A stretch of DNA of 64,000 bases from Squalus acanthias (taxonomy: Eukaryota), in assembly GCA_030390025.1 (NCBI GenBank), contig CM059431.1, forward strand, positions 119,228,001 through 119,292,000. The letters are read 5' to 3'. Below the pieces are notes generated by a model. That model was not told the origin of the DNA and made no database searches. It saw nothing but the letters and a program-made list of their open reading frames with translations. Within the stretch, counting starts at the first letter, position 1; each line of letters begins with the position of its first letter. The translations under genes and the position numbers were made by a program. Below are positions 24,151 through 35,354 of the stretch, one piece after another.

Positions 24151-25816
24151 TGTAAAGTTTCGCAATTATCGCGATTCGAAATAACGAGATAGAAGCAGAT
24201 TCGTTTGATCAGTTTATTTAAACGAAATGCTGCCATGATTAAACAGGACACAGAAGCCTGTAAAATGGCTGCCGCGCATCGTGGCAGAAGTTTCCAGAAG
24301 CGCAGTGGGCAGACAAGATGGCGTTCGAATAAACATTTTCGATAAGCACTGATAAAGACAGGATGCAACCTGTTTGCATTTGTGACAATAGCAAAAGATA
24401 TGAGTGCTGGAATCGTTTTCCATGCACAAGTAAGGACCATTGTACTGGGCAATCGAAGGCCCATCCAGACATATCAATACGCAAATACCCCCACGGCTCT
24501 ACAATGAGAGAGCCATTCTCGGGTGATTAAACAAGTATTCGGGGGCCCCAAAAAACCCAGCCAGGGAGGCTCCTAGCCGGTTCGACAATGGGGAAAACAT
24601 TAACGGGTAGTTGGCCAGTCTCAGGTGCTACCGAAACCCGTTAAAGACAAGAATCACCCCATGCTGGGAGTTTTGAGCGCCAATATTTCACAAAGGACAA
24701 ACATTAAGATTTGGGCGGGAGATAAGAAAACACAGCACTATAACTATAGTGAACAAATGTCCATCGCTCTCTTATCTCTCCTATCCTTATCCTCGGGTAT
24801 CGCTCTGCTGGACGAGCAGCCTTCTGTGTTTCTCTGGACTCTGTCGACTAATGTTGGGTGGAGCTCAATCGGGACGAGCCGCCTCGACGGAGGGCGCGAA
24901 ACTGGGTGCACCAACCCAAGTCTCGGTAAACGGTGTTCTGGACCCGAAGGCCCGAAAAGACAAGACAAGTTCAGAAGAGAAGAAGAAGAGTCCACGTGCC
25001 GCCGCGGTCAGTAAACCCTGACCGCGCCCGAAAATATATAGACCATTTTTGAACTCTATAGGTTGCTGCACGAACCAGTGAAAGACTCTTCTTTGAATTC
25101 TATCGACAACCGGTGTCGATACAAGGAGACTCTTCTGTGAATTCTACCGGTAACTGGTGTCGGTCCAGGAAGACTTTTCTTTGAGTTCTACAGCCAGGCC
25201 CGAGCACTGTCGAGTTCTTCATGACAACGGGGAGCCCAGCCTGCATGCCGGAGCAGCGAAGATAAACAAGTGGGGTACAGAGACCCCTTCAAACATGTGA
25301 CAGTCGTGCGCTGCAGCGAAACGAGCCGAGTGCCTCATTTTAAAATTCTCCGAAGTATCACGAGTGGTGAGCATGTTTCCCGATCCTACAAATCTAGATG
25401 TAGTGTAGGTATTAATAGGGGAGAGTGGTTTTATTAAGGATAAAGTATAATGTGTTCCCCTTTTTACGATGTGCCGTGCATTCTTCATTACCATAGACCA
25501 AGCTTTATGAATGTATGTATACTTGTACTGTCGTTAATTTGTGCCTATGACATGTACTTCATGATTTTGGACGCTATGCAATAAAGATTTCCATTTCGTA
25601 CTATTCAACCGGGTCTATTTGAGTTTTTCTCTGCATTACTGCTCTCGCACCTAAGTCCAGTGTTAGAACCGTAAGGGCGAGTGGGTCGAACCACTCACAG
25701 GTGCTTATTGCAACAAGGCTGGCCGGAGACCAGAGCAAGCAATAGCATTAGGCAACGAAGGCCTAACCCCAGCACCAGCACCGTCTGCGATAAAGCACGA
25801 CACAGAACCCCTTACA
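24151..25816 (+). mobile_element. Solo LTR, 1666 bp (copy 2), 4-bp TSD aacc
   Basis: TGTAA...TTACA; aacc at 24147-24150 and 25817-25820. TATATA at 25035-25040 and AATAAA at 25580-25585 give a U3-R-U5 layout. YY1-like motifs aaaatggctgcc and aagatggcg in U3. Confidence 0.92.
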
Positions 25817-26077
25817 AACCTGCAACCCCTATAGCCGGCCAAGGCAGCAGTGATTCCAATGGCCAAACATGTACATTTTGAAAACAACAACTTTTTTATT
25901 TTACAAACTCTGTGTGTGTCATTTATTCATGACAAAGTAATAGAAGAAAACACAACCAATCATTAATTAACATAACTGGTTTTCACAACCTGGAGATAAA
26001 TGCCAAAACACGAAGCAAAAGTTATCAGACGAATCTCGCACTTTAATAAAGACATTCCCAACATTTTTTGAGACCTC

Positions 26078-27843
26078 CTACTTTTTGCCCTTTGAGGGTG
26101 ATCTCCATCCCCTGCGCACTTCCCCCCTTCCCACCCTTCTGCTCCTCCGTAATGGGGCCCCAGTGGCTGCAGCAAGACTGGTGGAAGGCTGCTGAATTTC
26201 AGATCCTGAGACTACAGATGCCCTTGAAGGACACCCTCGACCAGCTCTGAGCATGGAGGTCCCGGCTGCAGACTGCAGCAATTCTGCTTGGGCAGCAGCA
26301 GTCTGGGCTACAGGCGGTGGCAAGTGCAATGGGGAAGTGACAGTGGTTGGAGCAGGAATGCTGTCATCCTGAGAGAGGACAGCACCTCCCTGCTCGACCG
26401 ACACACTGGTAGTCCCACGGGGCAGCACCTCACCATCTGGAGCAATCTGCTGGAGCACAGATTGCTGGCCTGCTGCGGCGCCGTGAGAGCCCCGGGGCAA
26501 TGTGGTCGAACCAGCGAGAATGGCAGCAGTCAGTGCTTGCGTTGCCTCAATCTGAGACTGCATGAGAGCAGTCTGAGTTTGGATCACAGCAGCCAGTGAA
26601 GGAATTGCAGCACTAAGCAGTTGCCTTGCATCCGTCTGTGCTGCAGCGGAGTGCTCCACACTTCTTACCAGTCCATCAATGCTTTCGGGCACTCTTCCCA
26701 CTGCACCCATGAGCTGAGTGTGCATGTGCACCGCCTGGGTGTTCATTTCAGCGATGAGTCGCTCCTCCTCTGCGTCCAGTGCAGCAGGACTCACTGGCCT
26801 GCTCTCCCTCCGGGGAGAAGGCCCCCGAGCTTCCCTACCCCCATGGCATTGCTACAGCCCGCTGGATCCTGAAGCTTCACCCTCATCAGACCCTTCCCCC
26901 CTGCTTCCCTCCAGGGAAGACTTGGTCCCAGTGTGGGCATGGGCTCCCTCGGGAGACGTTGGCGCTGAGGCTCCGGCTTCCTCTTCTTCCTCGCCTGCAG
27001 CGTCGCTCCGACTGGCTGCTTGAGGGCCCGTCTCCTCAGCTGGTGAATCACCATCTGAAAGCAGGGAGGTACAAGAGTGGCTTTAGCGTCAGGACAGGGG
27101 GGCAGTAAGGGAGCAAGGACTGCAGCGATTTAGTAAGTTGGATTGAAAGTGTAAAAGGCTGGTGTTGTGAGGGAGAAGTGGAATGAGAGAGGAGAGAAAG
27201 CTGATGAACTTACCATTGCTGTCCCGAACGGGGTCGACCTCTCTAGCGGCGACGGGACCGATCACCTGGCTTACGACAATCCTGTGGACACGCGCCTCAA
27301 GACCACTGAGGGTTTGCAGCTCAGCTGTCCCTCCACCCATCCGTTGCTGCTGACGCCTATTATGAGATAGCTTGGCCTGCAAGAAAAAGGACACTGTCTG
27401 AGTAAATATGCAGCCATGTGCTTGCCTGATGTGCCTCCCATAGTTGAACAGCCCTTAATGTATGCAAGGTGTGGAATGTGAGTGTGTGTTTCATGAGATG
27501 GCCATAGGTCTTGGATGAGTGTTGGGCTTTGGGGTTTTTACACCCCCTGGCCATAGAGTGAGGTTGAGATGGAGGGATGGAGAGGTATTGAAAAGCAGCC
27601 ACTCACCCTGACCACCCGAGTGAGGTTGTTGAACTTTTTCCAACATTGTGTATGGGTCCTTGGCACCATTCTCTTGGAGGAGATGTGATGAGCCACCTCC
27701 CTCCACACTCTTCTGTAGTCGCGTGGCAATGGCCTCCTACCACTCTCTGGGTACAGTATTGCTCTTCGGCGCTCCACTGCACCAACCAGAGCCACCAAGG
27801 CCCGGTCGCTGAAGCGCTGAGCTCGCTCCCTGGCCCTCTCCAT
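26078..27843 (-). pseudogene. Three-exon Harbinger Myb/SANT protein gene (~458 codons; exons 27843-27607, 27376-27214, 27054-26078) with one premature TAG
   Basis: MERARERAQRFSDRALVALVGAVERRRAILYP...WREVAHHI...QCWKKFNNLTRVVR. GT-AG introns; exons of 237+163+977 nt stay in frame. The single stop is at 26852-26854, where paralogues have CAG. Confidence 0.88.
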
Positions 27844-28745
27844 AGTCTTTTGCTGCAGATTTGATGCACAGGTCTCTCCAGGCCGAGATTCAAGGCTGCA
27901 ATGAGCAGGGTGTGGCTGGAGAGCAAGTTCGACCCTTCCCTTTAAGAACTGGCCTGCGCCAGTGTGTCTGTGTTCCATTGCTAACTGACATCACCTGAGC
28001 TTCGCCCGCGCTCTGAGTTAGCGCCTCGCTCCTCGGCCTTTGCGCCTTAAGACAGGTGTGTAGTGCCTGATTTAGTGCTCCAATCACCTCCAGGGGCGAT
28101 AGAAGTCAAGTTTGCAGTCGGAGGCGATAATTTGCACCAGGCACTAAACTTTTCACCCGGCCGATAATTGCGCCCCAAACGGGGCGATACTGAATTTCTC
28201 CCCCAATGCATTTTAACGAGGTAGATTTGACTACTTTTCCCCATTCAAGGAACCAGTGAAATCTAGTTTGGTGAAAACAAGCAGTAATACATTAATAAAC
28301 AACACCTTCACACTCCTAACTTAACAGGTAGAATCCGTTATTGGTTTTATTGGAAAAGTGACTGGTTTATGACATTGCACCCGTTATTTATTTGAAAAGG
28401 AGAAGGTAGGGGAACAAAATATTGAGATCTAACCATATAGCCTATAGAGAAACAATACATGACCACTGCGGACATCCTGTAACTATCTTGAGGTACCTTT
28501 ACACTATAGAAGGGCAGCTGATGGGGAAGATGCTGCACATATATTCATTGGGTGCATTCCACTGTGCGGATAAATCCAGTTCACTTCTACCGACTACATG
28601 TTGACCCCTGAAAGTCTGGGTCTTTGATTCTGCTCTTGGGATATGGGAGCTGATATGATCAATGTGAATGTGGGGAGCTGGCGCAAGGACATTAATATCC
28701 CAACATTGGAGCTACAGAAACCCAAATATAAGATAATGTTGACAC

Positions 28746-28902
28746 CAATGTTCCCGTTCATTTTTTTCTGGGGTGCGTGGCCCATTAAAGGGACTGTGCG
28801 GCCCATTCAAAATACAGCGCATGCGCGATTTTTCTCATTCAAAAGCCGGCTGAGCGGGAGGTCCAGAGAGTTGCGCGGCCATGCAGCTTAAAGGGAACAT
28901 TG
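28746..28902. mobile_element. hAT-type MITE, 157 bp
   Basis: 10-bp TIR caatgttccc/gggaacattg. The 8-bp flanks gttgacac and gttgatgc both derive from gttgacgc by CpG decay. Confidence 0.75.
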
Positions 28903-29036
28903 GTTGATGCACCCTAACTTTTCTGAAGCTGAAGATTTTAAAATGATCAGTTAAAAAAATAACCATCTGTTGTGACTTTCGATTACTGAAAAACACTAAA
29001 TTAAAAATACAATTTTATTTTTATATCAATGGGATA

Positions 29037-29130
29037 CTATCCATCTATCTATCTATCCAGCTATTTACCTACCTACCTATCTGCCTATCTGCCTATCTAC
29101 CTAACTACCTACCTACCTATCTATCTATCT
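29037..29130. repeat. Compound (CTAT)n/(CTAC)n microsatellite
   Basis: ctatccatctatctatctatcc...ctacctacctatctatctatct. Confidence 0.9.
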
Positions 29131-29445
29131 TTAATTAACAATCTTGCAGCTATTCACACTGGAGTCCCAAGTTTAATCTAACACATTCAGTGGGATCAGG
29201 ACATGTTTGGGTCGGATGCCCGTTTTAAACCCCAACTCAATTTACACTCCATTGGTTGAATGAAAATGGAGGCTTTCCTGACTATAAAACCTTACCTCCT
29301 TTTTTAAGGTTTTTTTCATATTTTTGTGTTAACTTTTTCATTATAAATTGCTTTGTCTACATTTAAAATGAGAACAGCCTGGGTCAACTTGCCATGCTGT
29401 AATTGCACAATCTGCTAACAAGGTAGCTCTAAGAATGGTAAACTA

Positions 29446-30911
29446 GAAATTGGGCTACTTACCGCCACCCGTTTGCGCTGCTGTCTTGGCGACAAATGTC
29501 AGCTGCCACTCTAGCGGCCCCTCTCTGGCGTGGGACTCTCTGGCTGCCAATTTGGTGAGGGCCTCAGCACTGCCGATAGCAGCGCTGGCACTGGAGATGT
29601 AAATGGAGAGATCATGATGTCAGTCGGCGTGCAACGCTGACTTGATGCCACATCTACGAACTTCAACCTTAGCGCTGAAATGCGAGCGTTCAGCAGACTG
29701 ACAGAGATGCTGTCAGCACTTCTTAAAGGGACTCACACATCTTTCAGGTAAGTTTGCATTTAGGCTTTTGGACTGATAGTTATTTATTTTATTGAAGTAG
29801 TGGCTTGGTGCAATAAATGTTAAAAGTTTTTTAAGTGTGCAGGGAGTGGTGTTGGAGGCTTGCAAGGCCTCAGATGGTAAAGGAAAGCCTTTGAGAAGAC
29901 AGAAAATGCTGGAAATACTCAGCAGGTCAGGCAGCATCTATGGAGACAGAAACTGAGTTCATGTCTCAGGTCGAGATACTTCCTGACCTGCAAAGTATTT
30001 CCAGAATTTTATGCTTTTATTTCAGTATACAGCATCCGCTTGCAGAGGGAAGAGGAAGATGCAGAAGAGGAAGACTCAGAAGAAGAAGAAGAGGAGGAAG
30101 CAGAAGAGGAGGAAGCAGAAGGAAGGGTGCAACCCGGACAGCCCCTTTTTGACTGGGATTAGCGAGACGAATCATCCGCCTGCGGTACCAGTGACCACAA
30201 CCCCAATTCCCCTTTCAACATTTGTCCCACACCTTACCTTCCCTCTGTTACTGACCACTGGTCTGTGGCCATGAACCTTCTTTGGCCACTGGAGCCTGGT
30301 CGTGGGGGTGACACTGCTGGCATTAACGGCCTCGGTGATTTGGTCCCACATCCTTCCTTCTGGAGGGCCTCCTGCGGGTAGAGGACCTCTCTTGCAGTGT
30401 TGACCCCCTGCACAAAGCTGGAGTGCTGTGTGCGAGATCCTAGGTGCCCCTTCCCTTTCTTGCTGTGCCATTTGTGTTAGTGCTGAAGCACTTTTCCCAT
30501 TTTTTTAGGTGCAGAAGGCAATTCAGCTTTAAGAGCTGAAGACTCCCATTTGGGAATTATTTTTAACGTTAATTTTTCTTTTAAGAAGGAAGTTGAGCTG
30601 TAAGGGCTAAAAACTGCCTATTTTAAAATTATTTTAATTTTTTTTAATTTCAGAAGGCTGAATGAATGACTGACTTGATTTAACAAAAGGCTGTTCTTGC
30701 TGTAATGATGCTATGGCCACACGACATTGGTGCCTCCTGCCGGGATGAATGCCACCAGGACGGCGTTGCACAGTGAGTTTAGCGCTAGGATAATGTTAAT
30801 TAGTCCCCAGCGCCAATTTTTTGGTCCTGTCAGTGCCACCTTTTTCGGCAGCCATTAACGCCAGCCCACAGTTGCACCAGCCGGTTTTTAGCATTGTCGA
30901 ATTTTTAGCCC
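29446..30911. mobile_element. Degraded non-autonomous Harbinger F with Myb/SANT remnant (30172-30471, -) and a Penelope-derived fold-back insert (~29900-30025)
   Basis: Ends ctagaaattggg...aatttttagccc. Translation MAQQEREGAPRIS...MWDQITEAVNASSVTPTTRLQWPKK. Inverted arms aaaatgctggaaatact...agtatttccagaatttt. Confidence 0.6.
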
Positions 30912-31389
30912 AAACTTTCTGAACTCTCTTCTAGCTTGGACACCATCTGGGTTCTTCTCAAAAGTGTTGTCTCCTAGAAACTTTTACATTGAACAATTAG
31001 TTCCACATTATTTAATTTCTTCCCTCTAGCTTTCAAAATAAGATTTCAGGCTGCCCTACCCTGCATGGTCCTGGCACCCCACTGTACCAGCATACCTTGC
31101 CTGCTGCTCTCACCACAATCAGTTAGTGACGGGGCTGCTCTCAGCCACCACCAGCCTTCGGGCCAGTCATGGCTGTTTTTGCTAATGGTGCTTCACGCTC
31201 CCACTCCCTGCCCATCAGCAGCCTTACATCCATTGACTACTTACATTGCTCCCCAACTGTTGCCTTTTTTTCCACTGCTGCTTCGCCCCAATCAGTCGAC
31301 TGGTCGACAACCTGCTCTGTTAAATCCAGATCTATGTAAGATCCACTGTATATGTATGTAGGCCTGGAAATAACTGGGATTATGCTCCA

Positions 31390-33050
31390 CCAGCATAGGT
31401 GCGGCAAAGCAGTACCTATGCCCACCAGCAGTAAAGGAGGCTGACTTCATCAGAAATTTAGCAGCATGGGCCATGTGGAAGGAAGTGGCAGTGGTTGTGA
31501 GTGGGAACGCCATAATCCCAAAGACTCTCTTGCAGTTTCAGAAGACATTTAGGAACGACAGGTAGAGGAGAACGTTTTCAAGTCGGGAAGGCGCTGGGGG
31601 AGCGCTATTTAAAGGTGGGCGCTTCCTGCCTTTTGTTGTCAGCAAAATTTTTGGCACACGCATGTTAAGAGGGAGAGAGACATCTGGAGAGATTTAACAC
31701 TGTCCTAAGGAGTTTTGGCCCTCAGCACCACTTTTGAGGTTCCTAAGCACTGAGCTCTTTCCCTGGGCCTATCCATTAGTGCTTCCAACACAATTGCTTT
31801 AGAGGTCTCTCCAGGCCGAGATTCAAGGCTGCAATGAGTAGGGTGTGGCTGGCCAGCAAGATGGCCCCTCCCCTTTAAGAACTGGACGGCGCCAGTCTAT
31901 TTGGTTTCCATGGTAACTGATATCGCCTGTGCTTCATTAGCTTCTGAGGTACGCCTCGCTCCCCGACATTTGCGCCTTAAGTGAGGTGTGTAGCACCTGA
32001 TTTAGTGCTCAAATCACCTCCAGGGGCGATAGAGGTGAATTTTGCAGTCGGAGGCGATAATTAGCGCCGGGCGCTAAACTTTGCGCCCAGCCGATATTAG
32101 CGCCCCAAAATGGGCATGACCCAATTTTTCCCCCTTAATGAGCACGCTAGGTTATCAAAAGTGTTTTCAGATAAATAACAAGGCAAATAATTGAATCACC
32201 TAGAAGCACATGGTCTTCCCTAGAACAATAGTCAAGCATTACCCTTTAGGTTATCACATGTCACCATGTCCCTTGTCCCAGAAGCAACCTCTGTTTGCAG
32301 CATTAATTCAGTGTTTCATAACCTGTAATCCATGCTAGCATACTGAAGTCTCATGACCAAGGTCCTTGCTCCCTGACACTTACCTTGACTACTATCCATT
32401 CCATGAATCCTGACTGCTTGTGACTGCATGATCTGAAGACAATGCAGAATGCTAGGGAATGGCTGGCTACTGGAGGAGGCGATGCCAACATCAAATGTTT
32501 GACACCAGATGAAGAGGAAACAATGGCCATAATTGACTTCCACTCTGGCCTGGCAGTTGGGGATGTAGATATGGGTCTCTGGCTTCAGTGGGTTTATGAG
32601 AATGTACAGCTTTTGTGTTTAACATTTCTATTCTATTATTCAATTGCTTCACCAATTGCCAGTTTCCTTAAAGTGATCTACAAAGTAGCTGATTACAATC
32701 AAACTCTGCTCAATAACACCAACGTTAACAGTACTATGTTTTTTCCTCCAGATGCTTCAATCGAGGATACAGCGGCGATTTCCGAGGTGCAAGACATTGC
32801 AATCTCCTCTTCTTCTCTTAACCAGTCACCTACTCCATCATTAACTCTCTTCCTTGCACTCAGTTACCCAGAGACACCACTCCAAGAAGATAATGATAGC
32901 ATAGAGGAGGAAGTGACACGTGGTGGGACACAGAACACAAGCAAGTCAGAGGATGCAGATGTGCATGTAGATCCTGATGTAGTTGAGTGCAGACATAATG
33001 GCTGATGATCGCGCTATGAAGAAAAGGAAGCTAGCAGTGCATTAGGCACA
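31390..33050 (+). pseudogene. Older, divergent Myb/SANT gene remnant interrupted by Harbinger E
   Basis: AMWKEVAVVVSGNAIIPKTLLQFQKTF near 31470-31550 and NAREWLATGGGDANIKCLTPDEEETMAII at 32448-32535 parallel exons 1 and 2 of the other copies. Confidence 0.5.
31550..32134 (+). mobile_element. Non-autonomous deletion derivative (E) of the Harbinger C/D family
   Basis: 31552-31750 matches 33319-33500 and 31803-32134 matches 27870-28204. Ends aatttttccccc|tta. Confidence 0.8.
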
Positions 33051-33053
33051 TAT

Positions 33054-34870
33054 GGGGGGAAATATTCAGTTGGTTAGCACCTCCTGTTAGTGCCTCTGGG
33101 GGGGTGGGGGGGCACTAAAGGGGCGCTAACGACTTACCGCCCGAGTGCGGCAATTTTCACGCTGCCCGCAAAATTGACCTGGCGGTTTGCGGTTCGCGCT
33201 AAACACTACCACCACGATCTCCTGTGCCCGGAGATTGTGATGTCAATCAAGCGCTCAATGCCCCAGTAGTGCCCCGGACCGGAAATTGATTCACGCCCCT
33301 GCCTCAGCACCTGCCGCTAGGAACGACAGGTAGAGGGAGATGTTTTGTAGTCGGCTGGGAGCTGGGGGAGCGCTATTTAAAGGCGTGAGCTTCTGCTTTT
33401 TCCTGTCGGCAAAATATTCTGGAGACGCAGGTTGAGAGAGGGAGGAGACATTTAACGCTGTCCTACAAGGAGTTTTGTTCCTCAACAAGACTTTTCAGGT
33501 TCCCATTTCTCTCAGCTTTATTACTACCGTATTTAGAAGATTTAATGGGGGCTGTACCAGCACGGGACCTCGTCCTCCAGCTTCACCGTCAGAGGCAGCA
33601 GAGGCGGAGAGAGAGAGTGGAAAACGTGGTGAGAGGGAGGAGGGCCATCAGGGCTCTGCACAGGAGACCTTACCCTCCCAGGGTATTCCGGGAGCGATTC
33701 TCGTGCTATCCATCTGTCCAAGGAGCAGTGTTTTAGAAGGCTCCGCTTCAGCAAGGAGGTGGTCACAGAGCTCTGCCACCTCCTGCAACCAGAGCTACAG
33801 CCTCAGCTCTGGACCAGGACACCTCTGTCGGTGGCAGTGAAGGTGACGGTGGCTCTCAATTTCTACGCCAGCGGCTCCTTCCAGGCTTCAACTGGGGATA
33901 TTGCGAACATCTCCCAGTTCGCCGTCCATTGTTGCATTCGGGAGGTCACAAATGCTCTCTACAAAAGGAGAAGGGAGTACATCTCATTCCCCATGACCCG
34001 AGACCTGCAGTATCCCCTGCTCCCCTCCAGTGAACGCGTGGCCCCAGTATCAGATGTCTCGCCCTCGGGAGACGCAGGCGGTGAGGCGCCGGCTTCGTGT
34101 TCCTCCTCCTCTCACGCGTCGCTGCCACTGGGAGGCTGAGGGACAGGCTGGTCAGATGGTGGCTCACTATCTGAAAGCAGGAAGGTACAAGAGTGGCTTT
34201 AACGTGAGGGCAGGGGGGCAGGAAGGGAGCAAGGAATGGAGACAGTATAGTTAGCTGGAAAGTGGGAATGGCTCATGTTGTGAGGGGGAAGTGGTATGAG
34301 AGAGGAGAGCGAGATGATGAACATACCGTTGCTGTCCCCAATGGGGTCGACCTCTCCAACTACCACAGCGCCCACGACATGACTGGTGATGAGTCTGTGA
34401 ACGCGCTCCTCCAGCTGTGTGAGGGGGTGCAGCTCCGACTGTCTTCCTGTGCATTGTTGCTCCCTCCAGTATGTGAAAGCTTGGCCTGCAAGAAAAAGGA
34501 TAGCATGTGAGTGAGTGTGCAGCCATGTGTTTGGCAGATGTGCCTACCATAGTTGAATATCCGTCAATGTCTGCAAGGTGTGGGATGTGGATGTGACTTT
34601 TATTAGATGGGCATAGTTGTTGGGTGAGTGTTGGGGATTTGGGACTTTACACCATCTGTGCACAGAGTGAGGTTGAGATGGTGGGATGTAAAGGTTTCTC
34701 AAGCATGTACTCACCCTGACCACTCGAGTGAGGTCATTGAACTTCTTGCGGCACTGCGTATGAGTCCTTTGGACCAGGCTCCTGGATGAAACGTACTGGG
34801 CAACCTCCCTCCACACCCTTGTAAACTCCCGGCGCAATGGCCTCCTGTCAGTGTCTGGAAACGGCACTGC
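33054..34870 (+). mobile_element. Internally deleted Harbinger D: 5' transposase (33545-~34010, +) joined to Myb/SANT exons (~34010-34870, -)
   Basis: Left TIR ggggggaaatatt. MGAVPARDL...RRPYPPRVF...ALNFYASGSFQ...YISFPMTR, then sequence homologous to 26905-27760. Confidence 0.85.
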
Positions 34871-35354
34871 ACCTGCTCCCTGTTCTTCATAAGCCAGTAC
34901 TACAGCATTAGGAGCATCAAACCAAGTTCTCTGGTATCCTCTAGGAGGTCCACCCTCAGTATTTTCCTAATTGTCCTTAAAGGGACTGCTGCTGTCTGCT
35001 CAGGTGCAAACAAATTTTTAGCCCTATGTGTGAATGTACAGGCCATGAACTTCTACTGGATTGTCCTGATCTCCTGTTGTAATGTTGGCAGGAGATCGCC
35101 AGAACCCATGTAACATAAATGGATGTTTGTAGAAGTTCTGGGAATTGACCCAATCTCTCAGCAGATGATGGTGACTTCATAATATAATATACATGTGAAT
35201 ATACACTTAAATGTACAATGCTTCTATAAAATATATCTGTGAATGTTCATCCACATATACAATGGCTTCTATATAAATTATATTATGTGATTATACTGTC
35301 TTGAGAGTCCAATAAAATAATTTTAAGAAATATACTATTTTTAATGGGTTTAAT

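Larger units (their letters stand above)
22445..28204 (+). mobile_element. Full-length Harbinger element C with both TIRs and 3-bp TSD aat; hosts a solo LTR
   Basis: aat|ggggggaaaatt ... aatttctccccc|aat. Transposase (+) and Myb/SANT (-) genes are convergent. Confidence 0.92.

Noticed and set aside
24625..25014. Accessory viral ORF in LTR U3 (shared N-terminus with 9576-9800)
   Set aside because: It starts at GTG, and the lengths and C-termini differ between copies. Similarity follows from DNA identity alone, and there is no recognisable domain.
25083..25195. CRISPR-like repeat-spacer pattern
   Set aside because: Only 2-3 units, the 'spacers' are homologous to each other, there are no cas genes, and the context is a eukaryotic LTR.
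8649..25816. The two inverted 1.65-kb repeats as TIRs of one giant element, or as the two LTRs of one provirus
   Set aside because: Each copy has its own matching 4-bp TSD, they are inverted and diverged, and the interval holds only unrelated repeats. The unswapped TSDs also argue against an inversion between them.
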